Assembly: GCA_000708835.1 (NCBI GenBank)
Contig: DF237085.1
Coordinates: forward strand, 138,872-178,454
Source: Klebsormidium nitens
Taxonomy: Eukaryota > Plantae > Klebsormidiophyceae
Reading direction: 5' to 3'
Length of the DNA stretch: 39,583 bases
Every line of letters begins with the position of its first letter. Position 1 is the stretch's first letter. The notes beneath the pieces were generated by a model, which saw nothing but the letters and a program-made list of their open reading frames with translations, was not told where the DNA came from and did not search any database. Positions 11,965-21,874 of the stretch are shown piece after piece. Both the position numbers and the translations under genes were made by a program.

Positions 11965-12945
11965 TATGGTAGTTTTTTTATAAGATCAGTTTTCAAGGGG
12001 GTTTCTCGAAGGGAGGCGCTTCTCTCTATCGGGCCAGAATTGATCACACTTTGGGGGTTTATAAGCGACGAGAGCTTTTACACAATATACAAGGTTCGCT
12101 CCCCCAGGCTTTCACTAAGCCACTAGCCAGTGGTTGTACTAGTCAAGGGTTTCTTCACCAGGTTGTTCCTCACATTGCCAAGGGCCGTGGGGAGTCTTCC
12201 CAGTATTGGGGGTTTGGAGCACCAGCTACGAAGGCTGCTCCGCAGGACTCTTAGCTAAGCTTGCTATCATAAGCAGATGTGGGGCGTCCAGCAGTCTAGA
12301 AGACGTGGATCAAAGATCTCGTCTTTCATGGCATGTTCATCGCAGTTCTGCAGCCCCCAAAAGCTGAAGCAAGGGGAATGCCTGCGCAGTGCAGCTGACA
12401 TTAATCCACACAGATCACCGTCGCTCTATCCAACTTTGCAGCCCTGCTGTCTTTGTCAAAGCTTGATAGCTTGCCTGTGCATGAAGCTGTGCATGAAACA
12501 CTGACAGGCGCCCCAGCTTCTGATTTCGTCTTCCCCCATTGCATGATCAACATGCAGAGATTCTGCCGAGTGAAGGTTCACGTCTTCGAATGCAATTAAG
12601 TCGCGCTACCAAGATGCATCGTGCTTATTCACACTCCGCAAGTTCCAGAAAGCATGTCCTACACATTTCCTATTCTATAGCCAAGTGTGAATACATACAG
12701 CTAGGGTTTCCACCCCGGCGCCAGATTCCATGAGCACATTCAGCGCCCCCCCTCAGCCTGCTTGCTGCTGGTTGTGAAAGCCGCTCAGGTTCAAATCCTG
12801 TTTGGAGCACTGGTTTCCCACGTACTTGTACGCCTGTTCCCTTTCTTCTCCCTTTCCCTCCTCTTTCCTGTCTCCAAACAGCTTTCGAGCATTAGGATCA
12901 CAAACACCTTCGCTCTCATTCGTCACTGGCGTCGGGGGCGGCAGA
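11965..12945. promoter_or_regulatory. Divergent (head-to-head) promoter/5' UTR interval between pPLAI and RPL33
   Basis: The two start codons point away from each other and are about 980 nt apart. Transcription starts cannot be placed from sequence alone. Confidence 0.5.
12702..12709 (-). promoter_or_regulatory. Telo-box (AAACCCTA) upstream of RPL33
   Basis: TAGGGTTT at 12702-12709, about 240 nt upstream of the RPL33 ATG. Telo-boxes are established elements of plant ribosomal-protein gene promoters. Function here is inferred. Confidence 0.4.
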
Positions 12946-13116
12946 ATGGCCAAGGGCAAGGGCGCCATCCTGGTGAAGCTGCTGTCGGCGGCCAACACGG
13001 GGTACTTTTACGTGAAGCGCAAGAACCCTCGCAAGATGCCGGACAAGCTGGCGTTCATGAAGTACGACCCCATTGTCAAGAAGCACGTGCTCTTCACCGA
13101 GACAAAGCTCCGGTAG
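12946..13116 (+). CDS. RPL33: Ribosomal protein L33 (bL33 family), nuclear-encoded mitochondrial type, 56 aa, intronless CDS
   Basis: [56 protein letters not shown] carries the L33 signature (KLxSxAxTGxFY...KYDP...HVxFxExK). It has no CxxC zinc motifs. Mitochondrial targeting is inferred from resemblance to plant and alphaproteobacterial L33. Confidence 0.93.
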   Translation: MAKGKGAILVKLLSAANTGYFYVKRKNPRKMPDKLAFMKYDPIVKKHVLFTETKLR

Positions 13117-13452
13117 CGCTTCTGGAGCCAGGTTCGAGTGCAACGGTTGATGTAGATCAGAGTTCACAGAAGCTGTACTTTGTTGTAATTGATGGCAGAT
13201 CCGTGCATGAAGTTAGGAGTGTGATCAAGCGCGTGAAGATAGGAGGAAATCAAGGGTTTGCTTGGTGGTGCAACTTTGTAGATAGGTTAGAATCACGACC
13301 ACCACCATTGAAGCAGAGAGGGGGTGTTTCTGCAAATTCTTATTATCAAGGGTTATACACACCGCAGTCCTCAATCTCTACAGTAGTGCCCTTGTTCATG
13401 CGGCAGTTTACAAAAACTGGGCAACCCATGACTGACACTCCGGGGTTTTGCA

Positions 13453-16400
13453 ATGGTGGCGTGTGCGGGGATATCTCAGCGTTTGGTGGCGCCAGCGAGT
13501 TTGCTGCCTGTACTAGCCCCGGGGCAAAAGTCGGCAGCCAGCGCTCCTGTGGGCCCTCGTCGTTTGTCGGTGCGCCAAGGGCACTGGCCATCGTGCTGCA
13601 ATGATGGGCCTTCTCGAACAGTCCGTTCGGGAGGGGAATGTCGGGGTGTTTCAGTGGGGCGGGATGCGGTGGTGGGACAGGACGCAGAGAGCTGCCGGTC
13701 GAACTGCTTGGTTCGATGCTCCCAGGCAAAGAAGGGTATGGTCCGGAAGAGATTGCACGTTCCAGCGGGAGCACGTTCTGCGACAGTGAATTTTTGCGGT
13801 CCAGACGGAGCCACCTCGCCCAAGGTCCTCCTTAAAGGAGACACTGTCCAGACTCTTACCGGACGACGCCCCTTCAGAAGCACACAGAACGGACGGGCGG
13901 CAGGGCAAACTCCTAGCAAAAGGCGGTCGCAGGTTCTGGTGGCAGCACGAGGGGCTCTCACGGAGAGCACAGACACCGGCGCCCTTTCGCAATCTGACGG
14001 GGAGACTGGCGACAGTGCGGATATCAGAGGGGGCCTGCTAAACGATGCGGGGCAAGCGTCGGTGTCTGGCAAAGTGGAACCCAGCGGGGGCCAAGATACG
14101 GAGGCAGAAAAGGGGGGGCAACGGCGATCTCGGTGGGTGGCGGATGACGGGCGGGTGAGGGGCCCCGGCAGGAGCAAGTCGATTGCGGAGCGCCACCTGG
14201 AGGTGAGGCGCCACCTGGCACGATGGGCTCCATTACTGCGGGTTCTATCAAACCTCACCGCTTGGACCAAACTTAGAGTTGGTGCGCTTCAAGAATCTGT
14301 TGCAAAACTCAGTAGCATAGAACTCGAGATGGGGAAGTGAGGTGGCAGGAGGTCGGTTTGCCGGCCGGTCGGCTGAAGCTCTGCGTACTGGGGTTTCGCC
14401 ATGATATTGTGCACCTGGTTCAGAACCAGGTTATGGCAAGATGGCCAGCTTTGGAGAATCTTGCAGCAGACATTTGGTTGACGCCACTCTTTTCAAGCAG
14501 TTACAAGAGAATGCAAGCAAGTGTCTCCACAAGGTGGCGCGCACCCCGACTCTGATGTACAAAAGTCAAAGCTCCGTAGCAGTACAGATGATTGCAAAAG
14601 GGGCTGGTTCCCATAACGTTGCTGACATCTGAAAGTTCTGCTGCTCTGCCGAAGCTGCAGAGGGCCAGCGTCTTGGCAGGTCTTTCGTGTGCAGGCCGCA
14701 TCCCTCTGTTGAACTCTTCTTTTCCATCCGATTGCTGATTGGTTGCCGTTCTGCACAGAATTCATTGGGACTCCCCAGTCAAACATCGCAATATTGCCTA
14801 GACCCTGCATTTGGGAGCGCTCCTCCAGCTTTCTATCACCTTTAGGATGACAGGATCTGGTTTGCCCCTGCTCAACTGTTTACACCCCTCGCTTGCAGAC
14901 CCGCCCCTCTCTTGGCTCTGAAGCTGCCTCCCTTCTGGACGAACTTCAGACTGTGGATTCGGACCCCGAGCGCATGGCGATCCTGGAGAAGTGGTCCGGT
15001 TCGGACTTGAGCGACGCCGACCTTCTAGAGCTTCTGAGGCGGCAGAGGGGCTTCCGAACAGCCCGCCTCTTCTTCGACTGGATGGAAACGCAGCCAGGAT
15101 TTCGAAAGGTGCCTGTTCGCTTTCAAACCACATCTTTTGAGCGTTTTGAGTTTGGGGTAGGCATGTAAAGGTGTAATATGTGGGGCCGCGGAATTCTCTC
15201 GAGCCACTGTTGTTTGGGTCGTCAATTCCAAGGTCGCTTGGAAGTTTCTTGAAGCAACGAGATTGCAGGGGACTCAGATTCAGAAGCCCCATGCTTACAA
15301 CCAAGTCGCCAGAAGAAGGAAACATGGCAGAGAGTGTGTTTGGGTCCAGCATTGCCAAGAGAACTGCACTTTTTTCGTCAATCCATTACACGGGCTTCTA
15401 GAGCCTCTGTACGTTGTGCCGGTTGGCAGCCCTGAAAAGGCCGAACAGAGGCTGGGAAATGATTCCGCCACCTAAATCGTTTCGGCAAAGTCGCCAACGT
15501 TCAGAGCGTCCCGTTTCAAAACGCGCTTTCCGTTGGCTGCAGGGATCCCCTGCTGCGTATCACATCCTCATTGCGTTCGCCCACCGGAGCCAAAAGATGG
15601 ACGCTATCCCCGGCCTCACCGCCCACATGGACTCCCGGGGGATCCCTTTCACTGCCGCAACTTACGCCACGCTCGTCGACGTGTACACCCGCGCGAAGGA
15701 CCTCTCATACGCCCAAGCGTGGTTCGATAAGCTATTGGCCGCGGAGGCGGCCAACGGGTGGCGCCCGGAGAGCGCCGCATATCGGGCGATGATGAGCATG
15801 TACGAGAAGGTGGGCAAACCCTCGGAGTCGGTGCGGATCTGGCGGCAGTTGCTGGCGCGGGGGGATATTCGCATCGGCGCGCTGCAAACGTATAACGCCC
15901 TGGTGGATGCGCTCGGGAAGGTGGGCCGGTTCGAGGAGGCGATGGGGCTGCTGGACGAGATGCGGGCGCGGGGGCTGCAGCCGAATACGATGACGTACAA
16001 CATGCTGATCAACTGCTACGGGAAGGTGAGGGCGTATCAAGTAGTGTTCTGGTGCTTGTCTCTGTCGGGTCGATAGTTGGACGCGAGTCTGCCTTGGCTT
16101 CGAGCTGACACTTCCCTTCCTGTCGCAGATTATCAGGGTGGGACTTGCCGCGTACATTTGGTTGGTAGACCGTAGAACAAGCCAGACATCGATCAAGTGA
16201 TTACCAAACACAGAGTTTTTGCAACTCGTTGTCTCAGGTTGGTGCACGTCACCAGGCGCTGACGCTGTGTTCAACAGCGCGCGGTGCCCTAATGGCGTGC
16301 ATCCAATGGTGGAGAGTCTACTCACCATACAAACACTACATCAACGAGTCCATGGATTCCCTTTTCTGCAGCCTGGACCCAGCAAGAGCCATCCAAGCTC

Positions 16401-19400
16401 TCCGATAAGACGAAGCTGTTTGAGGAGACCCAGTTGCGGGGCGTGCCCCCCCAACGATGTAATATCCACTTTTGATAATGCTCTTCGCCTCTGAACTTGT
16501 AAAAGCCTTACAATCGTAGGCCCTCACAAATCATATGCCGCAGGCCGGCGCTCGCCACTAGGCGCTGAAGCTGTTCGACGAGACGTGGCGCGCGGGCGTG
16601 GCCCCCGACGGGGTGACACTCAGTTTCGGATGCTCTTTAGTCTTCGTATTGAGAATTGCAAGTCCCTGATCCCACTTTTGTAGGCCGGCGCACGCCACCA
16701 GGCGCCGAAGCTGTTCGACGAGGTGCAGCGCGCGGCCGCGTTTTCCAGGCACGGTAACGGTCACTTTCAAACGCTGTGAATCTCGTTTTGAGATTTTCTA
16801 AGTGCCTATTCCCCTCTTTTGCAGGCCGGCGCAAGGCACCAGGCGCTGAAGCTGTTCGACGAGATGCGGCGCGCGGGCGTGGCCCCCGACGCGGTGACGT
16901 TCAACACGCTCATCTCGATGCACGTGCGCGCCGAGGACTACGCCGCGGCCGCGGGCGCGATGCAGCTGCTGCGGCAGTCGGGGGAGCGCCCCAGCGAGTT
17001 CACGCTCAACGCAATGGTGCGCGCGTACGCCAAGCTGGGCCAGGCGGAAGGGGCGCTCGACGTGTACAACAAGTGAGAAGCGTTTGTCGTCCTTCCATTG
17101 GCGGGAAGCGTTAGGAGGGAAGCGTTTGTCTTCGGATTTTTTCGAAGTTAGTGAGGGCAATGTTTGTTTCCGTTGTGTGGAAAAGTAGGGGTAAGGGAAA
17201 GCGTTGCGGAGCCAGGCAGTGGGACGATAGACGAATATGATGAGCAAGGTGCGTCTTTTATGATCTGTTATGATGGAAGTTTACCTCAAGCTGAAGCAGG
17301 CAGCGGGGACCTCCTGCTTCGAAGATATGGCGTCAGTGTGCTTTTTCTTCATGTTTCTTCTTGCTGGCGCCACCCGCCGTGGCCATTACTTCACTTCCCA
17401 AAGCGGCAATGTCTAGTGATATCTTGAGACTAGCCCTTCCGCGAGTCTGGATGCAAAACCTGGATGCAAAGGCAAACCCAATCCCCAAACCGTTTGGCAT
17501 CCCAAAACGCGAACGGCAATGGCAAACCCCAGACCCCACGTCCTAAAATCAAATCCTGAACTCTGATCCGCTGTATCCAGATTTCGGGAGGCCGGCATTG
17601 CCCCGAGTGCCGTCAGCTACAACTCGCTGCTGCATTTGCTGGCGTCAGCAGGGAAGGCGGACGAGAGCGAGGAGATTCTGCTCCACATGCAGGAGGGGGG
17701 AACACAGACGGATGACGTCACGTGGAATGGGCTCGTCAACGGTCATAGCAAGGTGCGTCGAGCTAAGCCGAGGTTTTTGAGACCTTTCAGCGGGTTGAAG
17801 GCGGCTGGGTTTGCTGCGGACCGTTCAAACTGACTTTCAAACTTCATCCACATACCTGTTCCAAAGTTCATTATATGCAAGAGGCGCGATTGTACGCCTG
17901 AGTTTTGAAGGTTGTCTGATCAGAAAAGCCGACTTTGTTTCACAGCAGTCGATGCACATCCTGACATTCAGACTTGCTCGTAAAAGACACAAAGTGCACA
18001 CCGTTGGAGCACAGATCAGTCCCCTGAAAAGTCGCTCCTCAACTGTACCCCACTGGTCAAGAAACAACACCAAGGTCCTGGAAACGCTCAAGTGGCTGGC
18101 TTTGCGCTGGCCTTCGTGCTTTTCACTCCAACATTCATCGGGCAGACGAGCCATTTAAAGTAGAGTGGCTTCTCATACTTCTGACATACTTGCCAACAGG
18201 CGGGAAACTACGCCAAGGTTCTGGAGACGTTCGAGCGCATGAAGGCGGCCGGCTTCGCGCCGGACCACGTGACGTACACCCCCGTGGTGGACGCGCTGTT
18301 CAAGCTGAGGCGCGACGACGAGGCGATGGAGATGTTCGACGAGATGCGCGCGCGCGGGCTGCAGCCGCGCTCCATGACGTACGGGGTCATGCTCATCGTG
18401 TGCTCGCGCAACGACATGGTGAGGGTTTTGAATAACCTGGGGGTTTGGATTCTAAATGTCAGGGTTCGGGGGTTTCTTTCTCGGGTTGGAGTTTAAGGGT
18501 TTCGAGGGGGATGAAGTAAGGACTAATGGAATCAACGCAGCACGTTGCCACAAAATGCGCCTCAGTCCATGATGTACGGGGTCATGCTCATCGTGTGCTC
18601 GCGCAACGACATGGTGGGTTTGCCGATCCTGCGGGTTTTGGGTTTCGTTTTTTTGGGTTTTAGGTTTGTACATTCAGGGTTTCCGGCTTGTTTAATGCGC
18701 GTCGCCAGAGGAGCAGCCGCGCTCCATGACGTATGGGGTCATGCTCATCGTGTGCTCGCGCAACGACATGGTGGGTTTGCCAAACCTTGCGGGTTTAGGC
18801 TTTCACTTTTTGGGTTTGCGTTGGAAATTCGGGGTTTTCGGCTTTCCGAGAGCGCATTGCCAGAGGAGCAGCTGCGATTCATGACGTACGGGGTCATGCT
18901 CATCGTGTGCTCGCGCAACGACATGGTGAGTGTTTTACTTTTGTTCGGTTTTGAATTGCTCGATTTTGTGCTTTAGTGTTACGTCCTGGAGTCTCATTTC
19001 TCCAAGGTCTGTCATGAGGAGTCGTTCGAAGCTCAATGCCAAAGTTTGAATTGTGGTCAATACTTCGCAGTTCGTTGTCTGCTCGCGGGACCACATAGTG
19101 GGTGCTTAATTCATCTAGAGTCTGTAGGGCTTAAGTTGGGGAGCTTGGTGAATCTTTCGAGGTGGTCAGGAAGGGGTCAAGCCGCAAGAGGCGTTAAGAG
19201 TACAATCTATCCATCTCTGTCACAAACAACCATGATAGCACAAATTCTTGAGACTGACCTCGCTTTCTTTTCGTACGTCAGCTGGGCGAGGCGGCTGCCC
19301 TCCTGGACGAGATGCGCGACCGTGGCGTTCCCCCGAGCGACACGCACTACATCACCGTCGTGGACGGCCTGGTGCGCACGGGCCGCTGGGAAGACGCGCA

Positions 19401-21874
19401 AAAGGTGTACCGGGCAGCGCGGGAGGAGGGCCGGGCCGGCGCGGAGGTGAGGATCGCTTGGGGCGAATGATTCTGCCGGAAGTAATGCATTGATGTGCCC
19501 CACTTTGTTCCACTCCCGGGGTGAATACTTCTTGCAGATCGCTCGATTTCCCTATTGTTTGTAGAGTATCAGAGACGCATCTATTCATGTGTAAGTTACC
19601 ATACTCTTCACTACGGAGTCTCTTCTTTTTACCCCCAGCTATACGCGTGCCTGGTGTGCGGCCTCGAGGCGCAGGGCCAGCTTCAGCCGGGGGAGGAGCT
19701 GTTCCACGTTTTCACATGATGCTCTTCAAGATGAACAGCTCTTGCTTCAGAAAAGCTACAATCTTTTCCTCGAGAAAGAATGAATACTCGTTTTCCGATA
19801 CGTTACATTCTCTCGCTCTCTGCCGCAGCTGTATGCGTGCCTAGTGTGCGGCCTGGAGGCGCAGGGGCAGCGGCAGCAGGCGGAGGAGCTGTTCCAGAGC
19901 ATGAAGGCGGCGGGGGTGGATACGGCGGAGGTCATCTACGGCTCCGTCATCGCGGCGCTCGGACGGCTCGGACAGTACGAGGACGCCGTGGCCGCGTTCA
20001 AGGACCTGGAGACGTCGGACGTCCAGCCCAAAGCGCGGACCTACTCGCAGGTGAGGCTAAGCAGAATCTTGGTCCAATTGTCAGCAAGTAACGGTCAGCG
20101 TGTCCGTGATGACTTAGATTCTGCTTTTGAGAAACCTTCTGCAGGTGAGGCTATGTTTATTGTCTATGCTCTTTGGTTTTTACGGTGACTGAAAACCTGC
20201 TTGCGAGAGCCTCGAGACGTCAGACGTCCAGCCGAATGCGCGGACCCACTCGCAGGTAAGGATGAGCAAGATCTTGGTCCGTTTATTGTTGCCGTATAGC
20301 GGGTTTCGTTTAGCAGATATTGGTGACGCATACAAAGACATACTCGCGGGTGAGGCAATGTTTGTTCTCTATGCTCTTTGTCATCGACGGTGACAAACAC
20401 CGTCCTGCTTGCGAGTGCCTCAGACGTCGGACGTCCAGCCCAAAGTGCGGACCTACTCGCAGGCAAGGCTGTGTTTTTCGACTCTCGTCCTCCCTGATTG
20501 ATTCTTTTGGCCTCGTCTCCTTTTTCGAATCTTGTTACTTGTTGGCAACTTCAACTTTCCGAGCAACACGGTGCCGCCTTGAAGAACTTGGAACCTTAAC
20601 TCTCTTGCCGGAAACTCGGACCTACTCACCTCCAGAAACGATTTTCTATTCTCAATTTGCTCATTTCCCTACCCCAGATCGTGTCAGTGTACGGCAAGGC
20701 CGGGCTGGTCGGCCCTGCGGAGGCGGCGTTCCAGGTGGCAGCGCGCGCCGGCGAGGCGAACCTGCGCGTGCACAACGCGATGCTGGACGTGTACCTGCGG
20801 GGCGGTCTGTACCAGGAGGCGGAGGATTGGTACCGGACCATGGAGGACGACGGGCTCGCCGCGGACGAGGCCACGTGCCGGACGTTCCTGGTTAGGTGAG
20901 GGTTGGGGCTGGTTAAGGTGTGGGAGCCGTCTTCGTCATTGTTGCCAGATCAATCTGGCGTAAAACAAAGCTGATTGCGAGGGGCTCAAGGGAGCCGAGG
21001 GATTGGGGAGGCGATGGCATTGTCAGCAAAGATTTCTCGACTGTTTAAAAGCAGTCAGTGCGAAAGGTGCGATCGGGGACGAGACGAGTTCGTGTGCTTG
21101 AGTGGTTTGAACATGCTGTCGTCTGACCGAATCCATGTTCTTGCCTTTTGGAAGCGTCATTTTATGCTGATGCAGCCGGATGCTGCTAAGCCGTGCAGTG
21201 GCCCATCAGTTGCTGCTGCTGACTTGGAGGTGTTTCGGCGAATGTTGAACACGTCAACGCGGCGCGGGATGCTCAGTATTTATGCTCTGGGAGGCTAAGG
21301 CCACTCACATTCTGTCTGCAGGTATGCGGAGGCGGGTCTCTGGCAGCCCGCCAGCCGCTGGCTCAACAAGACAATGTCGTCCAATTTCTTGTTTGAAGCA
21401 ACCACCTACAACAAGGTCCTCCGGTGCTTCGGGAGCGCCGGCAAGATCGACCTCGCATGGATGCTGTTCCACATCATGAAGAAGGGCATCAAGGCTGCGA
21501 AGCCGATCTCGTCCACGTACAACACCATGATCGGGATTATGGGCGAGGAGGGCCGCTACAAGGACGCGGCGGCGCTCGTGCAAGAAATGCGCGCAGAAGG
21601 CGTGGAAATCACCGAGATCACGAAAGCGGTCCTCCGGCGCATCGTGTACGCGGCCAACACGTCGAGCCCGTCGGCGTCCGCGCGGCGCGAGGTGGACGTC
21701 GCGATCGACCGCGCGTTCGGGCCCGCGGCGGAGCGCGCGGCGCGGAGGATGGCGAGCGTGGGGAGTAAGTTTGTCGAGGGGGAGTTTGTGCCGTCCGAGG
21801 GCGGCGACGCGGATGGAAATGGCGAGCGGGACACCGGGCTTCCGGACTACTTGCGGGAGCTTAGCAAGTTGTAA
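13453..21874 (+). CDS. P-class pentatricopeptide repeat protein (about 19 motifs), probably organelle-targeted, about 1079 aa, 10 exons
   Basis: Exons: 13453-14202, 14899-15108, 15543-16025, 16825-17072, 17581-17752, 18200-18418, 19282-19446, 19829-20050, 20678-20895, 21322-21874. The spliced product keeps the 35-aa PPR register across junctions (e.g. NTMTYNMLINCYGK|AGARHQALKLFDEMRRAGVAP; DDVTWNGLVNGHSK|AGNYAKVLETFERMKAAGFAP). The N-terminus is rich in Ser, Ala and Arg, like a transit peptide. No E/DYW or SMR domain is recognisable. The exon 1 donor (GAG|GTGAGG at 14203) and the absence of a small exon in 14203-14898 are less certain. Confidence 0.88.
16238..16870 (+). repeat. Tandem echoes of the PPR intron 3/exon 4 acceptor junction
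   Basis: AG|gccggcgc..caccaggcgctgaagctgttcgacgag at 16825 (real exon start), with copies starting at 16684, 16544 and, more diverged, 16238. Confidence 0.9.
18360..18932 (+). repeat. Tandem echoes of the PPR exon 6/intron 6 donor junction
   Basis: ggggtcatgctcatcgtgtgctcgcgcaacgacatg|GT occurs four times, with GT at 18419, 18614, 18771 and 18926. Confidence 0.95.
19639..19707 (+). repeat. Intronic echo of the start of PPR exon 8
   Basis: ccccag|ctatacgcgtgcctggtgtgcggcctcgaggcgcagggccag versus the real gccgcag|ctgtatgcgtgcctagtgtgcggcctggaggcgcaggggcag (19829). Confidence 0.92.
20009..20470 (+). repeat. Higher-order tandem repeat of the PPR exon 8/intron 8 donor junction
   Basis: agacgtc.gacgtccagcc..a.gc.cggacc.actcgcag recurs at about 20009, 20214 and 20421 (period about 205). 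Donor-like junctions lie at 20051, 20145, 20256, 20350 and 20463. Confidence 0.9.

Noticed and set aside
1090-13604. Long plus-strand ORFs (1090-1683, 2314-2865, 6095-6691, 9056-9700, 12762-13604 and others)
   Set aside because: They are antisense or off-frame shadows of GC-rich pPLAI and RPL33 exons, with no recognisable domains.
15600-20470. Repeated units resembling a CRISPR array or mobile-element termini
   Set aside because: The repeats are degenerate copies of host exon ends with variable spacing. There are no constant-length spacers, cas genes, transposase, terminal inverted repeats or target-site duplications.
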